Part shown: in pieces, positions 39,221 through 49,210 of the stretch | Layout: each line of letters opens with the position of its first letter | Position numbering within the stretch: position 1 is the first letter of the stretch | NCBI GenBank assembly: GCA_038733315.1 | Contig: JAVYPJ010000001.1 | Span: 107,469 to 171,468 of the forward strand | Reading direction: 5' to 3' | From: Candidatus Aenigmatarchaeota archaeon | GTDB lineage: Archaea; Aenigmatarchaeota; Aenigmatarchaeia; CG10238-14; SpSt-28 | DNA length: 64,000 nt | Made by a program: the position numbers and the translations under genes | Notes under the pieces: model-generated | Told to the model about the DNA's origin: nothing | The model's database searches: none | Seen by the model: only the letters and a program-made list of their open reading frames with translations

Positions 39221-40107
39221 CTTAAGTAATTATTTAGTTTTATTTCTTTATTTTCTCTATCTACAATAACGTTTTTGCAGTTATAACATAAAACATTTCT
39301 TTCTGTAGGAATGTATACAAACCTTAAACCATTTCTTTCAGCAACATCCTTTAGTTCTAATAATTCATATATATTCTCTTCGTTCTTCTTAACTATATGA
39401 AACGGAATTGCCGGAGATAATTCGTTTATTATAAACTCACTGAATTCTTGAAGAGAATCTTTGTTATAGTTATTTGTTAAAATGTTTAGTATCTCTATAT
39501 GTAATTTTTGTTTATATAAATATAATATAGTTTTTCTAAGCGTTTCTACATCTTCTAATCCATTTTCTTTATAGAATTTTTCATCCAAAAAGTTATAAAC
39601 CCTTATTTGAACCGCAGAAAAATACTTTCTAAACAGTTTTGAAAGTATAGGTAAAAAATATGCGTTTGTAGAAAAAACATTCACTAATCCAGCCCTAAAA
39701 GCATATTTTGCTATTTTATACATAGTCTCAAAAAAAATTATTGGCTCCTGTTTATAAAAGAATAGTATTTTATTTCCAGTTTCCTTTACCTGCTCTATAA
39801 ACTCTTCTGTTTTTATTTCTTCTAAATCTTTTTCTTCTATGGAATTTTCATCTAAGTTACAGTTTGTCCCAATAGAATTTATTACAGTAACTTTACTAAA
39901 AGGTTTGAAATGAAAAATATTAAGATTTTCTATATCTTCATAAAAAAAGTTTATTTTCATATAATTGGAAGCTATCAAAGTATTTCTTTTTTTCTCTCTA
40001 ACTTTACAGAATCCTATTGGTTTTTTACTCGTCAATAAACATCTCCTTAAACATAATTTGCATCTTATTTTATTGCCAGCTTCAACACTCCATAAAAAAG
40101 CCCTCAT
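39181..40107 (-). CDS. Cys-rich hypothetical protein with two Zn-binding clusters.
   Basis: The N-terminus has CKLCLRRC...C and the C-terminus has CYNCKN...CPYC. There is no canonical CxxxCxxC radical SAM motif. Confidence 0.3.
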   Translation of the reverse strand: MRAFLWSVEAGNKIRCKLCLRRCLLTSKKPIGFCKVREKKRNTLIASNYMKINFFYEDIENLNIFHFKPFSKVTVINSIGTNCNLDENSIEEKDLEEIKTEEFIEQVKETGNKILFFYKQEPIIFFETMYKIAKYAFRAGLVNVFSTNAYFLPILSKLFRKYFSAVQIRVYNFLDEKFYKENGLEDVETLRKTILYLYKQKLHIEILNILTNNYNKDSLQEFSEFIINELSPAIPFHIVKKNEENIYELLELKDVAERNGLRFVYIPTERNVLCYNCKNVIVDRENKEIKLNNYLRCPYCLAKVDIVL

Positions 40108-40145
40108 AATTATTATTACTATTTTGAAATAAATAAAATCTCGTA

Positions 40146-40871
40146 TTAATATATCTTTCTGGCTATTATTATGAATCCTGTATGAACAATCCCGATTGTT
40201 CTTGGTCTTAAATAATACTCAACTTGCCACTCCCTTACAAAACTTTCGATAACCTTTATATCAAAAAAATTATATTTTTTAACCTCCTCTACATTTTTTA
40301 CTAAGGTATCTACAACTGGACAAAAAATACAGAGATAGCCTCCATTCTTTAATAATTCAAATGCATGACATACAAAATCCTTAGAAGAATCTAAGTCCAA
40401 AAAAATTAAATCGAACTTCTCTTGATTTAAATATTTTTTATATTCAAAAACACTATCATTAATTAGCTCTATATATTCTTCTAAACCAGTTTTTTTTATA
40501 TTGCTCTTAGCAATATTATAAAACCTTTTGTCCTTTTCGAAAGTATAGATTTTGCAAGGTTTTAAGTACCAAGCAAATTGAATTGTTAAAAATGCGTTTC
40601 CAGTCCCAGCTTCTAAAATTATAGAGCCTTGCTTTATTCCTGTATACGCTAATATTATCATACCGTCTTTTGGTAAAATTGCTTGCGGTCCTCTCTTTAA
40701 TTTTGAAAGAATATCTAATAAATTTGGTTCACATACAGAAAATTTTATTCCTAAATGAGATTCTAAAATCTCTTTTTTATCCTCTATTTTTATTATGCCA
40801 TCCTTTGTATTTATTTCTTTTACATCATCATCTAATACATATTTAGAATTCTTAGAAATTAGAACCTTCAT
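40146..40871 (-). CDS. trmI: tRNA (adenine-N1) methyltransferase TrmI/Gcd14-like.
   Basis: A small N-terminal beta domain is followed by RGPQAILPKD and the SAM motif ILEAGTGNAFLT. Confidence 0.5.
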   Translation of the reverse strand: MKVLISKNSKYVLDDDVKEINTKDGIIKIEDKKEILESHLGIKFSVCEPNLLDILSKLKRGPQAILPKDGMIILAYTGIKQGSIILEAGTGNAFLTIQFAWYLKPCKIYTFEKDKRFYNIAKSNIKKTGLEEYIELINDSVFEYKKYLNQEKFDLIFLDLDSSKDFVCHAFELLKNGGYLCIFCPVVDTLVKNVEEVKKYNFFDIKVIESFVREWQVEYYLRPRTIGIVHTGFIIIARKIY

Positions 40872-40878
40872 AAATAAA

Positions 40879-41271
40879 TTAAACTCTTCTTCCTCTTCTA
40901 GAGCATCTTCTCATATAACCATGGGGTATTGGTGTTACATCTTCTATCATTCCTATTTTTAATCCTGATTTAATTAGAGCTCTTAATGCAGCTTGTGCAC
41001 CCATACCTAATATTTTAGATTTTATACCACCTGGCGCTCTTAATCTTACATGCACATATGTAACACCTTTTGAAATCGCCTCTTCTGCAGCCTTTTTTGC
41101 AGCTAACATAGCTGGATATGGCTTTCCACCTTCTCTATCTTTATCTGTCATTTGGCCGCTAGAATATCTAGCAAAGGTATAAGTTCCTGTCAAATCTGTA
41201 ATGTGAACTATAGTTGAGTTTTTGCTACTAAATATATGCGCAATTCCCATTATTCCCTTTTTTTCCGCCAT
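40879..41271 (-). CDS. rps11: Ribosomal protein S11.
   Basis: [21 protein letters not shown]...SGQM is conserved. Confidence 0.85.
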   Translation of the reverse strand: MAEKKGIMGIAHIFSSKNSTIVHITDLTGTYTFARYSSGQMTDKDREGGKPYPAMLAAKKAAEEAISKGVTYVHVRLRAPGGIKSKILGMGAQAALRALIKSGLKIGMIEDVTPIPHGYMRRCSRRGRRV

Positions 41272-41309
41272 AATATAGTTGAAAAATTATTATAAATTAT
41301 TTAATTAGA

Positions 41310-41792
41310 TTATTTTACTTCTTTTAAACCTATTTTTTGTGGTTCTAAGAGTAATGTTATTTTATCCTCTTCGTTTTTTGGTACTAAATACGATGGAAAA
41401 TTTACTTTTCTGCCGTTAATAGCTATGTGGCCATGAACTATTAGCTGCCTTGCCTGCTTAATAGTATTTGCTAATCCTTTTTTATATACAATAGTCTGTA
41501 ATCTTCTTTCTAAAATGTTTTCGGCTGTTAAATTTAGTAAATCGTCTAATTTTGTTGCGTCTATAAATCCATATTTTTTTATCTTTTCAAGAATTTTTCT
41601 CTCTTCTTCTCTATCTGGATTTGCTGTTAGTCTTCTCGCAATTCTTCTGTATTTTCTGGCTATACTTTCTGCCCTCCAAACTTCCTTTTTTCTCCTTAGA
41701 CCATATTTTTTCATAAGCTCTTTTTCCTTCTCTATCCTTTCCTTATCCCATCTTTTTAATGGCTTTTCGTATTTAGTTTTTAACTTTCTCAT
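41310..41792 (-). CDS. rps4: Ribosomal protein S4.
   Basis: An S4 RNA-binding domain is present ([33 protein letters not shown]). Confidence 0.8.
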   Translation of the reverse strand: MRKLKTKYEKPLKRWDKERIEKEKELMKKYGLRRKKEVWRAESIARKYRRIARRLTANPDREEERKILEKIKKYGFIDATKLDDLLNLTAENILERRLQTIVYKKGLANTIKQARQLIVHGHIAINGRKVNFPSYLVPKNEEDKITLLLEPQKIGLKEVK

Positions 41793-42397
41793 TTCTTTTC
41801 TTTCTGGGCTTGTTGAGCTCTAGCCTCTTTACTCCTAACAACCCCAACAGTAGTACCTTTTCTAAAGTGGCTTCTTGTTCTTTGCCCTCTTACCGGTTGG
41901 CCTAACCTATGTCTCCAACCTCTATAAGTTCCGAGCTCTATTTCTCTTTTTACATCAAATTGTGTTTTCACCTTTATTTCGTCTCCAACTATATGATGAT
42001 CTTTTCCATCGAAAATATCCTTTCTCCTATTATATAACCAATTTGGTATTTCATATTTCTGTGGATTTCTAATTATATCTTCAAGAATTTGTAGATTTTC
42101 GTCGCTCAAATTTCCTATTGGAAAATTCTTACTTATGTTAGTAACGCTTTCAAAAACCTTACATACAGCATTGCCATAAGAAAAGCTTATTCCCTTAATT
42201 TTCCATATAGCCCTTCTTATAGGTAAAGTACCGTCTATGTCCGAATCTATTAATCTTACAACAGGTTTATCCACCTTTATTTCTTTAAGTTTTTTCTTTT
42301 TAGTTTTAACCTCTTCTATTTCCTTTTTTTCCTCTTCTCTGCTAATGGATTCCTTTTCCTTTAATTTTATAGTCCTCGTTCCCATAATATTTTTCAA
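41789..42397 (-). CDS. rps13: Ribosomal protein S13.
   Basis: The C-terminal [17 protein letters not shown] motif is present. Confidence 0.8.
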   Translation of the reverse strand: MKNIMGTRTIKLKEKESISREEEKKEIEEVKTKKKKLKEIKVDKPVVRLIDSDIDGTLPIRRAIWKIKGISFSYGNAVCKVFESVTNISKNFPIGNLSDENLQILEDIIRNPQKYEIPNWLYNRRKDIFDGKDHHIVGDEIKVKTQFDVKREIELGTYRGWRHRLGQPVRGQRTRSHFRKGTTVGVVRSKEARAQQAQKEKK

Positions 42398-42428
42398 AAA
42401 TTTATATAAATTACGTTAACTTTTTATA

Positions 42429-43094
42429 ATGAAGCATGGAGATGTTGTGTATATAGATTATGTTGCTAGAATAAAAGATACAAACGAGATTTTTGATTTA
42501 ACAATAGAGGAAATTGCAAAAAAAGAGGGAATATATAATCCTGACTATATATACAAACCCATTCCAGTAGTTGTTGGTTTTGGTTTTGTTATAAAAGGAT
42601 TAGATGAAGAACTTGAAAGAATGAATGAAGGAGAAGAAAAAGAATTTGAAGTACAACCAGAAAAAGCCTTTGGGAAAAGGGATGAAAATTTAGTAAAAAC
42701 TTTTAATATTTCAGATTTTAAGAGACAAGATGTAGAACCAAGAGTTGGTGAATATATAACTATTAATGGTGTGTTAGGAAAAGTTTTAAGTGTTAGTGGA
42801 GGAAGGGTAACCATAGATTTTAATCATCCGCTAGCTGGAAAAACCTTAGTTTATAGAGTGAAAGTTGTTAAAAAAGCTGAAAATGAATTAGAAAAAGTTA
42901 AAGCTGTTTTGGAGTTTTTTACTAAAAAATCTGAAGATTATGAGGTTAAAGAGGATAAAGATAGCGATGCTATAATAATAGTTGATAAAAATATTGCTTT
43001 AACTCCTGAACAAAAAAAGAGTTTATTTGATGTAATTTCTAAAATAATCGAGAAAAAAAGAATAATTTTTATGAATATTTTAGAGAAAAAATAA
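42429..43094 (+). CDS. FKBP-type peptidyl-prolyl cis-trans isomerase (SlyD/long-type FKBP).
   Basis: HGDVVYIDYVARI...IPVVVGFGFVIKGLDEELERMNEGE matches the FKBP fold plus an IF insertion. Confidence 0.75.
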   Translation: MKHGDVVYIDYVARIKDTNEIFDLTIEEIAKKEGIYNPDYIYKPIPVVVGFGFVIKGLDEELERMNEGEEKEFEVQPEKAFGKRDENLVKTFNISDFKRQDVEPRVGEYITINGVLGKVLSVSGGRVTIDFNHPLAGKTLVYRVKVVKKAENELEKVKAVLEFFTKKSEDYEVKEDKDSDAIIIVDKNIALTPEQKKSLFDVISKIIEKKRIIFMNILEKK

Positions 43095-43161
43095 AAAAGT
43101 ATTTTTACTGACCGCCAGTGCTACTGGTGATTGTTATTTTCTTTACTTTTGGGAAATTTGT

Positions 43162-43569
43162 TTAACATTTGTCTAACGGTAGTACTGTTACTCTTTTAAC
43201 TGCGCTAGAAATGCTGGAAATATCTATCTTTACCTGCGCAGTCTCACCCGGAGCTAGTGATTGTTCTAACGTTGCATTTTCATGAATAACACTTCCTTCT
43301 GTAAACTCTACTTTAATTAAGAAATTTTTTCCCAAATCTACACTTCCTATATTTGTGAAAATTACATTTAGCTCAGTATTATTTTTATAATAATCAACAT
43401 CTAACCTAGCTCCAATACATTCAAATAACTTTTCTTGCTCTCTTTCTGTACCACCAGTTAAACCGCCAAGGTATCCTGAGAGATATAAATATATTGCCAC
43501 TCCCATTCCTATGGTTACTACCACTAAGATTATTGTTGCTATATACGCTGATATAGCTCTTATTTTCAT
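43162..43569 (-). CDS. Archaeal type IV pilin-like protein (class III signal peptide).
   Basis: The N-terminal MKIRAISAYIATIILVVVTIGMGVAIYLY matches the archaeal pilin_N consensus RA(I/V)S.VIAT..L.... Confidence 0.55.
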   Translation of the reverse strand: MKIRAISAYIATIILVVVTIGMGVAIYLYLSGYLGGLTGGTEREQEKLFECIGARLDVDYYKNNTELNVIFTNIGSVDLGKNFLIKVEFTEGSVIHENATLEQSLAPGETAQVKIDISSISSAVKRVTVLPLDKC

Positions 43570-43580
43570 AAAATTATATA

Positions 43581-43961
43581 CTATCCAATTAAACTTTTAA
43601 TAGTTCCACTTACCTTTAACAGCTTTATAATACATTTTTTGTTATTAATTTCATTTATTCTTCCTAATGCAAAATAAACGAAATGCTTAGATAAATGATT
43701 GCACTTGATTATTATAGTTTTTTCTTTTTCATTAAAAGTATCTTTAATTATTTTAAAAGAAAGTAAAAAACTTAATTTACCAAAAGTTTTCAAAATAGAA
43801 TTCCAAAATTCTTTTTCAATTTCGATATAATCTAACTTTTCTTCACAAATTATTTTAATTAATAAATATCTCTTTCTTTCTCTTAAAGTTGGTAATAACG
43901 TTTTTAACCTTTTAATTTTTCTATAGCTTGTCATATTAATTCGACACCAGGCATTATCCAC
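43581..43961 (-). CDS. RNase P protein component Pop5-like.
   Basis: LLPTLRERKRYLLIKI is similar to the Pop5 N-terminus. It is next to an Rpp30-like gene. Confidence 0.45.
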   Translation of the reverse strand: MDNAWCRINMTSYRKIKRLKTLLPTLRERKRYLLIKIICEEKLDYIEIEKEFWNSILKTFGKLSFLLSFKIIKDTFNEKEKTIIIKCNHLSKHFVYFALGRINEINNKKCIIKLLKVSGTIKSLIG

Positions 43962-44656
43962 TTTTCACTTCTCTTTTTTCTATTTTCTTCTAATATATTT
44001 TCTATTCTTTTCCAGTTTTCTTTTATTTCTTTTTCCTCGAAGTCAAAAACATATTCTATGCTTTCAAAAAACTTAAAATCTTTAACATCAAACTTCTCTT
44101 TTGAAAAGCTAGCAATAAAAAAAGGTACTTTATATTTTCTACATAATTTACTTATTTCTAAAATTTTTTGGTACTCTTTGTTTTCTTCATATAGATTTTT
44201 AAATTTTAAAGAAGAAAAATCGATAACTATTCCTATGTTATTCAAAGCCGCTTTTTTTGCAAATATGTGATTAATTCCAATATCCTCTCTATTCTCGAAT
44301 GGATTAATTAAAAAATCTGAAAAAACATTTTGAACCGCTTCTCTATTTAATTTCAAATTTCCACCTCTAACTAAAAGAATATCAAAATTTTTTCTTTTTT
44401 TTACATTCATACACTTTAAATCTTTATAATTATTTTCTGTAAAAATTGCGCCACTAAAAATTTCTAAATTGGTATTTATTTTTTTTATTTCATTATCGAA
44501 TTCTTCAAAGTTTTTTATTTTACTTAATTCTTCGGCTATAATAACTTTCTTATAATCTAATATCTCTAGAAATTCTAATATTTCGATTGTTTTATTTGAA
44601 TAATAAACTATGTCTATCATTTTAACAAAATACTTGAGTAATATAAATTTTGCCAT
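43931..44656 (-). CDS. RNase P protein component Rpp30-like (PHP/TIM barrel).
   Basis: FDILLVRGGNLKLNREAV...REDIGINHIFAKKAALNNIGIVIDF matches the Rpp30 core. Confidence 0.6.
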   Translation of the reverse strand: MAKFILLKYFVKMIDIVYYSNKTIEILEFLEILDYKKVIIAEELSKIKNFEEFDNEIKKINTNLEIFSGAIFTENNYKDLKCMNVKKRKNFDILLVRGGNLKLNREAVQNVFSDFLINPFENREDIGINHIFAKKAALNNIGIVIDFSSLKFKNLYEENKEYQKILEISKLCRKYKVPFFIASFSKEKFDVKDFKFFESIEYVFDFEEKEIKENWKRIENILEENRKKRSEKWIMPGVELI

Positions 44657-45524
44657 CGCTAGTTATAAAAACTCCTATTCCTTCATCTCTCCAATGCTCA
44701 AATAAAATATTTTTTCTATGTCCCTCACTATTATACCAACCATTAGTAACTTCCTTAGCAAATTCTTCTAAGCTATAGAATTCGTATGAAATTATTTTTC
44801 CCGAAAATTTATCATAACTATAGCTTTTATAAATATATCCTAAAAACAAGTTTTCAGCTCCTTCATAAACATAGTTTCCAGCTAAAATTTTACACTCATA
44901 ACTAAACTTCTCAAACCTATCTGCTAAATTTTCTCCATCAATACTAATATGGTCAAAATAATTCCTTTCTGCCATATCTTTACTATGATATCTAGCTATT
45001 TCTCTCAGTTTTTCATTAAACTTTAAAATGCTTAAGTTATGCTCTGCTCTTATTTTATTTACATATTCATGAATTTTTAATTCTAAGAATTCGACACTTT
45101 GATTAAATTCTTTCAATTTCTCATAAAAAATTTCTTCGGTTGTCTCATACCTTTGGTAAACTAACGGATTAGATAATAAATTTTTAATTTTAATTTCTCC
45201 CTTAGAAACCTTTTCAGAAAAACCATCTATACCCAAAACAAAATCTAATTTTTTAAAATTTTCGTAAGAGGAAAAAAAATAAGTAAAAAGTATTATAAAG
45301 ACTAAAAATAGAAAGTTTTTTATAGGTAAAAACTCTTTTAACCTTTCTTCAAAAAAAATCCAAGATATATAAATTATAGAAAAAATAGTAGATCTTAAAA
45401 ATATTTTAAAATAATCAATAGAATCTATAAAAAAACTTAAAATCAATAAAAATGAGAAAACTATAAAGAAAATTTTAAAAAAACTATAGATTATTTTTTT
45501 ACTTGCCTCTATGTTTTTTTCCAT
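44622..45524 (-). CDS. Membrane-anchored CAP/SCP/PR-1 domain protein.
   Basis: N-terminal TM helices are present. The C-terminal domain has HNLSIL...YHSKDM...GWYNSEGHRKNIL, matching CAP motifs. Confidence 0.55.
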   Translation of the reverse strand: MEKNIEASKKIIYSFFKIFFIVFSFLLILSFFIDSIDYFKIFLRSTIFSIIYISWIFFEERLKEFLPIKNFLFLVFIILFTYFFSSYENFKKLDFVLGIDGFSEKVSKGEIKIKNLLSNPLVYQRYETTEEIFYEKLKEFNQSVEFLELKIHEYVNKIRAEHNLSILKFNEKLREIARYHSKDMAERNYFDHISIDGENLADRFEKFSYECKILAGNYVYEGAENLFLGYIYKSYSYDKFSGKIISYEFYSLEEFAKEVTNGWYNSEGHRKNILFEHWRDEGIGVFITSDGKIYITQVFC

Positions 45525-45532
45525 AAAATTAT

Positions 45533-46060
45533 TTACGCTCTTAAACCTCTTGCTTTTTTACCTGCGCTAGTTAACCCCCTAAATACTCTTCTTCTATGCT
45601 GCTTTTCACAAATCCAATTAATGTTTTTATCCGATTTTATAACAGGATGATTTTTATCAACCATTATTACTTCATACCATTTATACATACCATCTTCAGC
45701 AACATAATAACTATTTAATACCTCTAAATTTGGAAATTTTCTTTGAGCTCTTTCTTCTGCAATCCATCTTAATGATTTCCTTGGAGTAAAACGTCTTATT
45801 CCAGTGCTACCCGGTTTTTTACCGAGCATTCTTAGATAGGCCCTTCTACTTCTTCCGCCCTTTCTAACTCTTACCCTAACAATTATAAACCCTTGCTTAG
45901 CTTTATATCCAAGAGCTCTTGCTCTATCTAATCTTGTTGGCCTTTCTACCCTTACAATTGCTTCCTCTTTTCTCCATTGTTTTAACCTTTCCTTAAATAA
46001 TTCCTTCCTTAAATCTTTTTTCTTCCAATACTCCCTTAAAGATTTATATAAATTTAGCAT
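45533..46060 (-). CDS. rpl15e: Ribosomal protein L15e.
   Basis: [14 protein letters not shown] and a basic repeat-rich sequence are typical of L15e. Confidence 0.8.
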   Translation of the reverse strand: MLNLYKSLREYWKKKDLRKELFKERLKQWRKEEAIVRVERPTRLDRARALGYKAKQGFIIVRVRVRKGGRSRRAYLRMLGKKPGSTGIRRFTPRKSLRWIAEERAQRKFPNLEVLNSYYVAEDGMYKWYEVIMVDKNHPVIKSDKNINWICEKQHRRRVFRGLTSAGKKARGLRA

Positions 46061-46105
46061 AAGATTATATCTAAAAACTTTAAATATTTATCTTTCTTTT
46101 ATTTT

Positions 46106-47188
46106 ATGGCAATAAAACAGCTTAGTGGAGAGGTAAAATTCACAGAAGTTGATGAGGAGCTAAGAAAATTTGTAGAAAAAAGAAAAACTCAAATAAAGGT
46201 TATTGGATGTGGAGGTGCTGGAAATAATACTATTTCTAGATTAATGCAAGTTGGAATTGTTGGTGCACAAACTATAGCGATAAATACTGATGCTATGGAT
46301 TTATTATACACAGATGCTGATATAAAAATACTTATCGGAAAAGAATTAACTGGCGGCCTAGGAGCTGGTGCTGATCCAAAGATAGGAATGGAAGCTGCAA
46401 AAGAAAGTAAAGAGGAAATAAAAGCTGCATTAAAGGGTGCTGATATGGTATTTATTACTGGTGGCTTAGGCGGTGGTACTGGAAGTGGAAGTGCGCCAAT
46501 AATTGCAGAAATAGCTAAAAAATTAGATGCTCTAGTTATCGGAATATTTACATTACCTTTCAAAATGGAGGGTAAGCAAAGGTGGGATAATGCCATGTGG
46601 GCTGTAGATTTACTTAAAGATTCTGTAGATACATTAATATTAATTCCTAACGATAAGTTACTTGAATTATATCCAGATGTTTCTATAGCCACTGCTTTTA
46701 AAATCGCTGACGAGCTTCTAGTAAATGGCGTAAAGGGTATTACAGAAATGATTACTAAGCCTGGATTAGTAAATAGAGATTTTGCAGACATAAGATCTAT
46801 AATGAAGGATGGTGGCTTAGCTTTAATTGGTATGGGTGAGAGTGATAGCGAAAATAGGGCAATAGAAAGCGTTCAGAGAGCTATTAATAATCCACTATTA
46901 AGTGTGGATGTTTCTAACGCAAAAGGGGCTTTAGTATCAATATTTAGTGGTCCAGATATAGCGCTTAAAGAAGTTAATCAAATACTAGAAGTTATTAAAG
47001 GAAAGATGGATGAAAGTGCAAAAATATTATGGGGAGTTCAGTTAGATAAAAACCTTGGAGATACTGTAAGAACAATGATAATAGTTACTGGCGTTTCTTC
47101 TCCCTTTATTTTAGGTCCTACACCAAAAGAGGATAAGAAAAAGTATAAAAAACCGATAGAAAAAGATTTAGGAATAGAATTTGTTTAG
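46106..47188 (+). CDS. ftsZ: Cell division GTPase FtsZ.
   Basis: The tubulin signature GGGTGSG is present, along with IKVIGCGGAGNN and NTDAM. Confidence 0.9.
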   Translation: MAIKQLSGEVKFTEVDEELRKFVEKRKTQIKVIGCGGAGNNTISRLMQVGIVGAQTIAINTDAMDLLYTDADIKILIGKELTGGLGAGADPKIGMEAAKESKEEIKAALKGADMVFITGGLGGGTGSGSAPIIAEIAKKLDALVIGIFTLPFKMEGKQRWDNAMWAVDLLKDSVDTLILIPNDKLLELYPDVSIATAFKIADELLVNGVKGITEMITKPGLVNRDFADIRSIMKDGGLALIGMGESDSENRAIESVQRAINNPLLSVDVSNAKGALVSIFSGPDIALKEVNQILEVIKGKMDESAKILWGVQLDKNLGDTVRTMIIVTGVSSPFILGPTPKEDKKKYKKPIEKDLGIEFV

Positions 47189-47193
47189 TTTTT

Positions 47194-47367
47194 ATGTTTA
47201 AAAAAATTATTGAATTTTTTAAAAGAATGTTTTATATAATAAAAATAGCTAAGAAACCTACTCAATCTGAAATAAAAAAACTCCTAAAATTCATTTTATT
47301 TTTGATCTTTTCCATAGGGATTTTGGGGTTTATTTTTTATTCTATAGAGTTATTATTAAATCTTTAA
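47194..47367 (+). CDS. secE: Preprotein translocase SecE/Sec61-gamma (small, unlisted ORF).
   Basis: Manual translation gives MFKKIIEFFKRMFYIIKIAKKPTQSEIKKLLKFILFLIFSIGILGFIFYSIELLLNL. It has a single C-terminal TM helix and the conserved position between ftsZ and spt5/L11. Confidence 0.5.
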   Translation: MFKKIIEFFKRMFYIIKIAKKPTQSEIKKLLKFILFLIFSIGILGFIFYSIELLLNL

Positions 47368-47377
47368 CGATAATATT

Positions 47378-47824
47378 ATGCAAATATTTGTTATAAGAAC
47401 AATAGGTGGGAAGGAAGAAAGTATTATAGAAATGATAGCTAATAAAGCAATCTCTCAAAATCTGCAAATATATTCAGCGCTTAAAATAGAGGAGCTTAAG
47501 GGGTATGTGTTTATAGAAGGTGAAGAAGATGATGTTATGAAAGTTATAAAAGAAATTCCGCATATAAGAAGTGTTTTAGAAAAAAGAATTACCTTAGATG
47601 AGTTAAAAAAATACATAAAAGTAGAGGAGAAAAAAGAAATTATTCCTGAAATTAATGATATAGTTGAGATTATAGGGGGGCCATTTAAAGGATTAAGAGG
47701 AAGAATTACAAAAGTTGACGAGATTAAGGGAGAGGTTACGATAGAATTGCTGGATGTTGCTGTAAGTTTGCCCGTAACGATTAATCTAGAATTGATAAAA
47801 GTTATAGAGAAGAAAAATAAATAG
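47378..47824 (+). CDS. spt5: Transcription elongation factor Spt5 (NusG).
   Basis: An NGN domain is followed by KOW (VEIIGGPFKGLRGRITKVD). It is upstream of L11. Confidence 0.75.
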   Translation: MQIFVIRTIGGKEESIIEMIANKAISQNLQIYSALKIEELKGYVFIEGEEDDVMKVIKEIPHIRSVLEKRITLDELKKYIKVEEKKEIIPEINDIVEIIGGPFKGLRGRITKVDEIKGEVTIELLDVAVSLPVTINLELIKVIEKKNK

Positions 47825-47859
47825 TTTATAAATTCTTTGCCTTAGATATATTTAAACTT

Positions 47860-48378
47860 ATGAACGATGAAAAAGATATAATAGAATTTTTAGTAGAGGG
47901 CGGAAAAGCGTCGCCTGGACCAACAACAGCTCCTAAGTTATCCACATATAAACTAAATGTTGGAGAAGTTTTTTCTAAAATAAACCAGTTAACAAAAGAA
48001 TTTGTAGGTATGGAAGTTCCAGTAAGAATAATTATAGATAAACAAACTAAAAAGTATGAAATCGAAATTGGTTTACCATCTACTTCTAGCTTGCTAAAAA
48101 AAGAAGCTAAAATAGATGTAGCAAAAATAACCAAAGAAGAGGCCGAAAAGGGAAAAAAATATGTAGCAAATATACCTTTTGAAAGTGTTTTAAAAGTTAC
48201 TAAAATAAAGGAAAAGGAGTTAGAGGGAAATTCTATAAAAAGTAAGATAAAACAAGTCTTAGGAACTTGTGTTTCTCTACATTTTACTGTAGATAATAAA
48301 GATCCTAGGGAAATTATAAAATACGTAGATGAAGGAAAATATGATGAATTGATTAGTAAATATTTTTCAAAAGCATAA
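47860..48378 (+). CDS. rpl11: Ribosomal protein L11.
   Basis: VEGGKASPGPTTAPKL matches the L11 N-terminal domain. Confidence 0.85.
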   Translation: MNDEKDIIEFLVEGGKASPGPTTAPKLSTYKLNVGEVFSKINQLTKEFVGMEVPVRIIIDKQTKKYEIEIGLPSTSSLLKKEAKIDVAKITKEEAEKGKKYVANIPFESVLKVTKIKEKELEGNSIKSKIKQVLGTCVSLHFTVDNKDPREIIKYVDEGKYDELISKYFSKA

Positions 48379-48561
48379 ATGAAGGAATTTTGGTTTATAT
48401 TTGGATTGGGTTTATTAATATACCTCTATTTAATTTTTGTCGGCGAAAAACACGAACTTTTATCTATATTACCTACATACTCTTTAATAGGGGTTTTTGC
48501 ATACTCTTTCGAGAAAAAATACCTTAGAAAAAAATATCGTGTTGTAGAAATTGAAGAATAA
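48379..48561 (+). CDS. Small hydrophobic ORF of 60 aa between L11 and L1.
   Basis: It starts immediately after the L11 stop and has one or two predicted TM segments. It is uncertain. Confidence 0.2.
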   Translation: MKEFWFIFGLGLLIYLYLIFVGEKHELLSILPTYSLIGVFAYSFEKKYLRKKYRVVEIEE

Positions 48562-48581
48562 ACAATTTATAATTTTATTTA

Positions 48582-49208
48582 ATGGTAATTATGGATTTCG
48601 AAGTCTTAAAAACAAAAATAGAGGAAGCCATTAAAAATAAGGAAAGAAGGAATTTTAAACAAAGTGTAGAGTTGATTGTGGTTTTGAAAAATGTTGAAAT
48701 AAAGGAGCTTAAAAACAAAATACAAAATGTTATGTTATCGCACTATAATAATTCTAGAGTTGTTCTTTTTAGCGAAATAAGAAGGGATGATATTAAGGAT
48801 GTAAAAAATATTACTCTTAAAGACATTGAAAATATTTCGAAAAGTAAAAGAGAAAGTAAAAAATTTGCAAGAAGTTTTGATTTTGCACTAGCCGAAACTA
48901 AACTACTTACAACCATAGGTAAAGTTTTAGGAAAATTTCTTGCGCCATTAGGTAAAATGCCTATGCCTATAACAGATGAAAAAAGACTAAACGATACTAT
49001 AGAAAAGCTTAGAAAATGTATTAGAGTGAATTTAAAGCAGAATCAAATTCAGCTAAAAATAGGAAAAGAAGATATGAAAATAGACGAAATATTTGAAAAT
49101 GCTAAGGAAGCTTTAAATCAAATTATGTCTGTTCTTCCAGAAGGCGATAGGAATATTAAGAAAATATACGTAAAACTTACTATGAGCAAGCCGATTAGAG
49201 TACTATAA
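48582..49208 (+). CDS. rpl1: Ribosomal protein L1.
   Basis: FKQSVELIVVLK is present and it sits in the L11-L1-P0-P1 order. Confidence 0.8.
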   Translation: MVIMDFEVLKTKIEEAIKNKERRNFKQSVELIVVLKNVEIKELKNKIQNVMLSHYNNSRVVLFSEIRRDDIKDVKNITLKDIENISKSKRESKKFARSFDFALAETKLLTTIGKVLGKFLAPLGKMPMPITDEKRLNDTIEKLRKCIRVNLKQNQIQLKIGKEDMKIDEIFENAKEALNQIMSVLPEGDRNIKKIYVKLTMSKPIRVL

Positions 49209-49210
49209 GC

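Noticed and set aside
39181-40107. Radical SAM enzyme call for the Cys-rich protein.
   Set aside because: The cluster is CxxCxxxC, not CxxxCxxC, and no glycine-rich SAM motif was seen. It is left as unknown.
46189-46791. 200-aa minus-strand ORF inside ftsZ.
   Set aside because: It is antisense to ftsZ. Its Ala/Pro-rich translation is an artefact of the Gly-rich codons on the sense strand.
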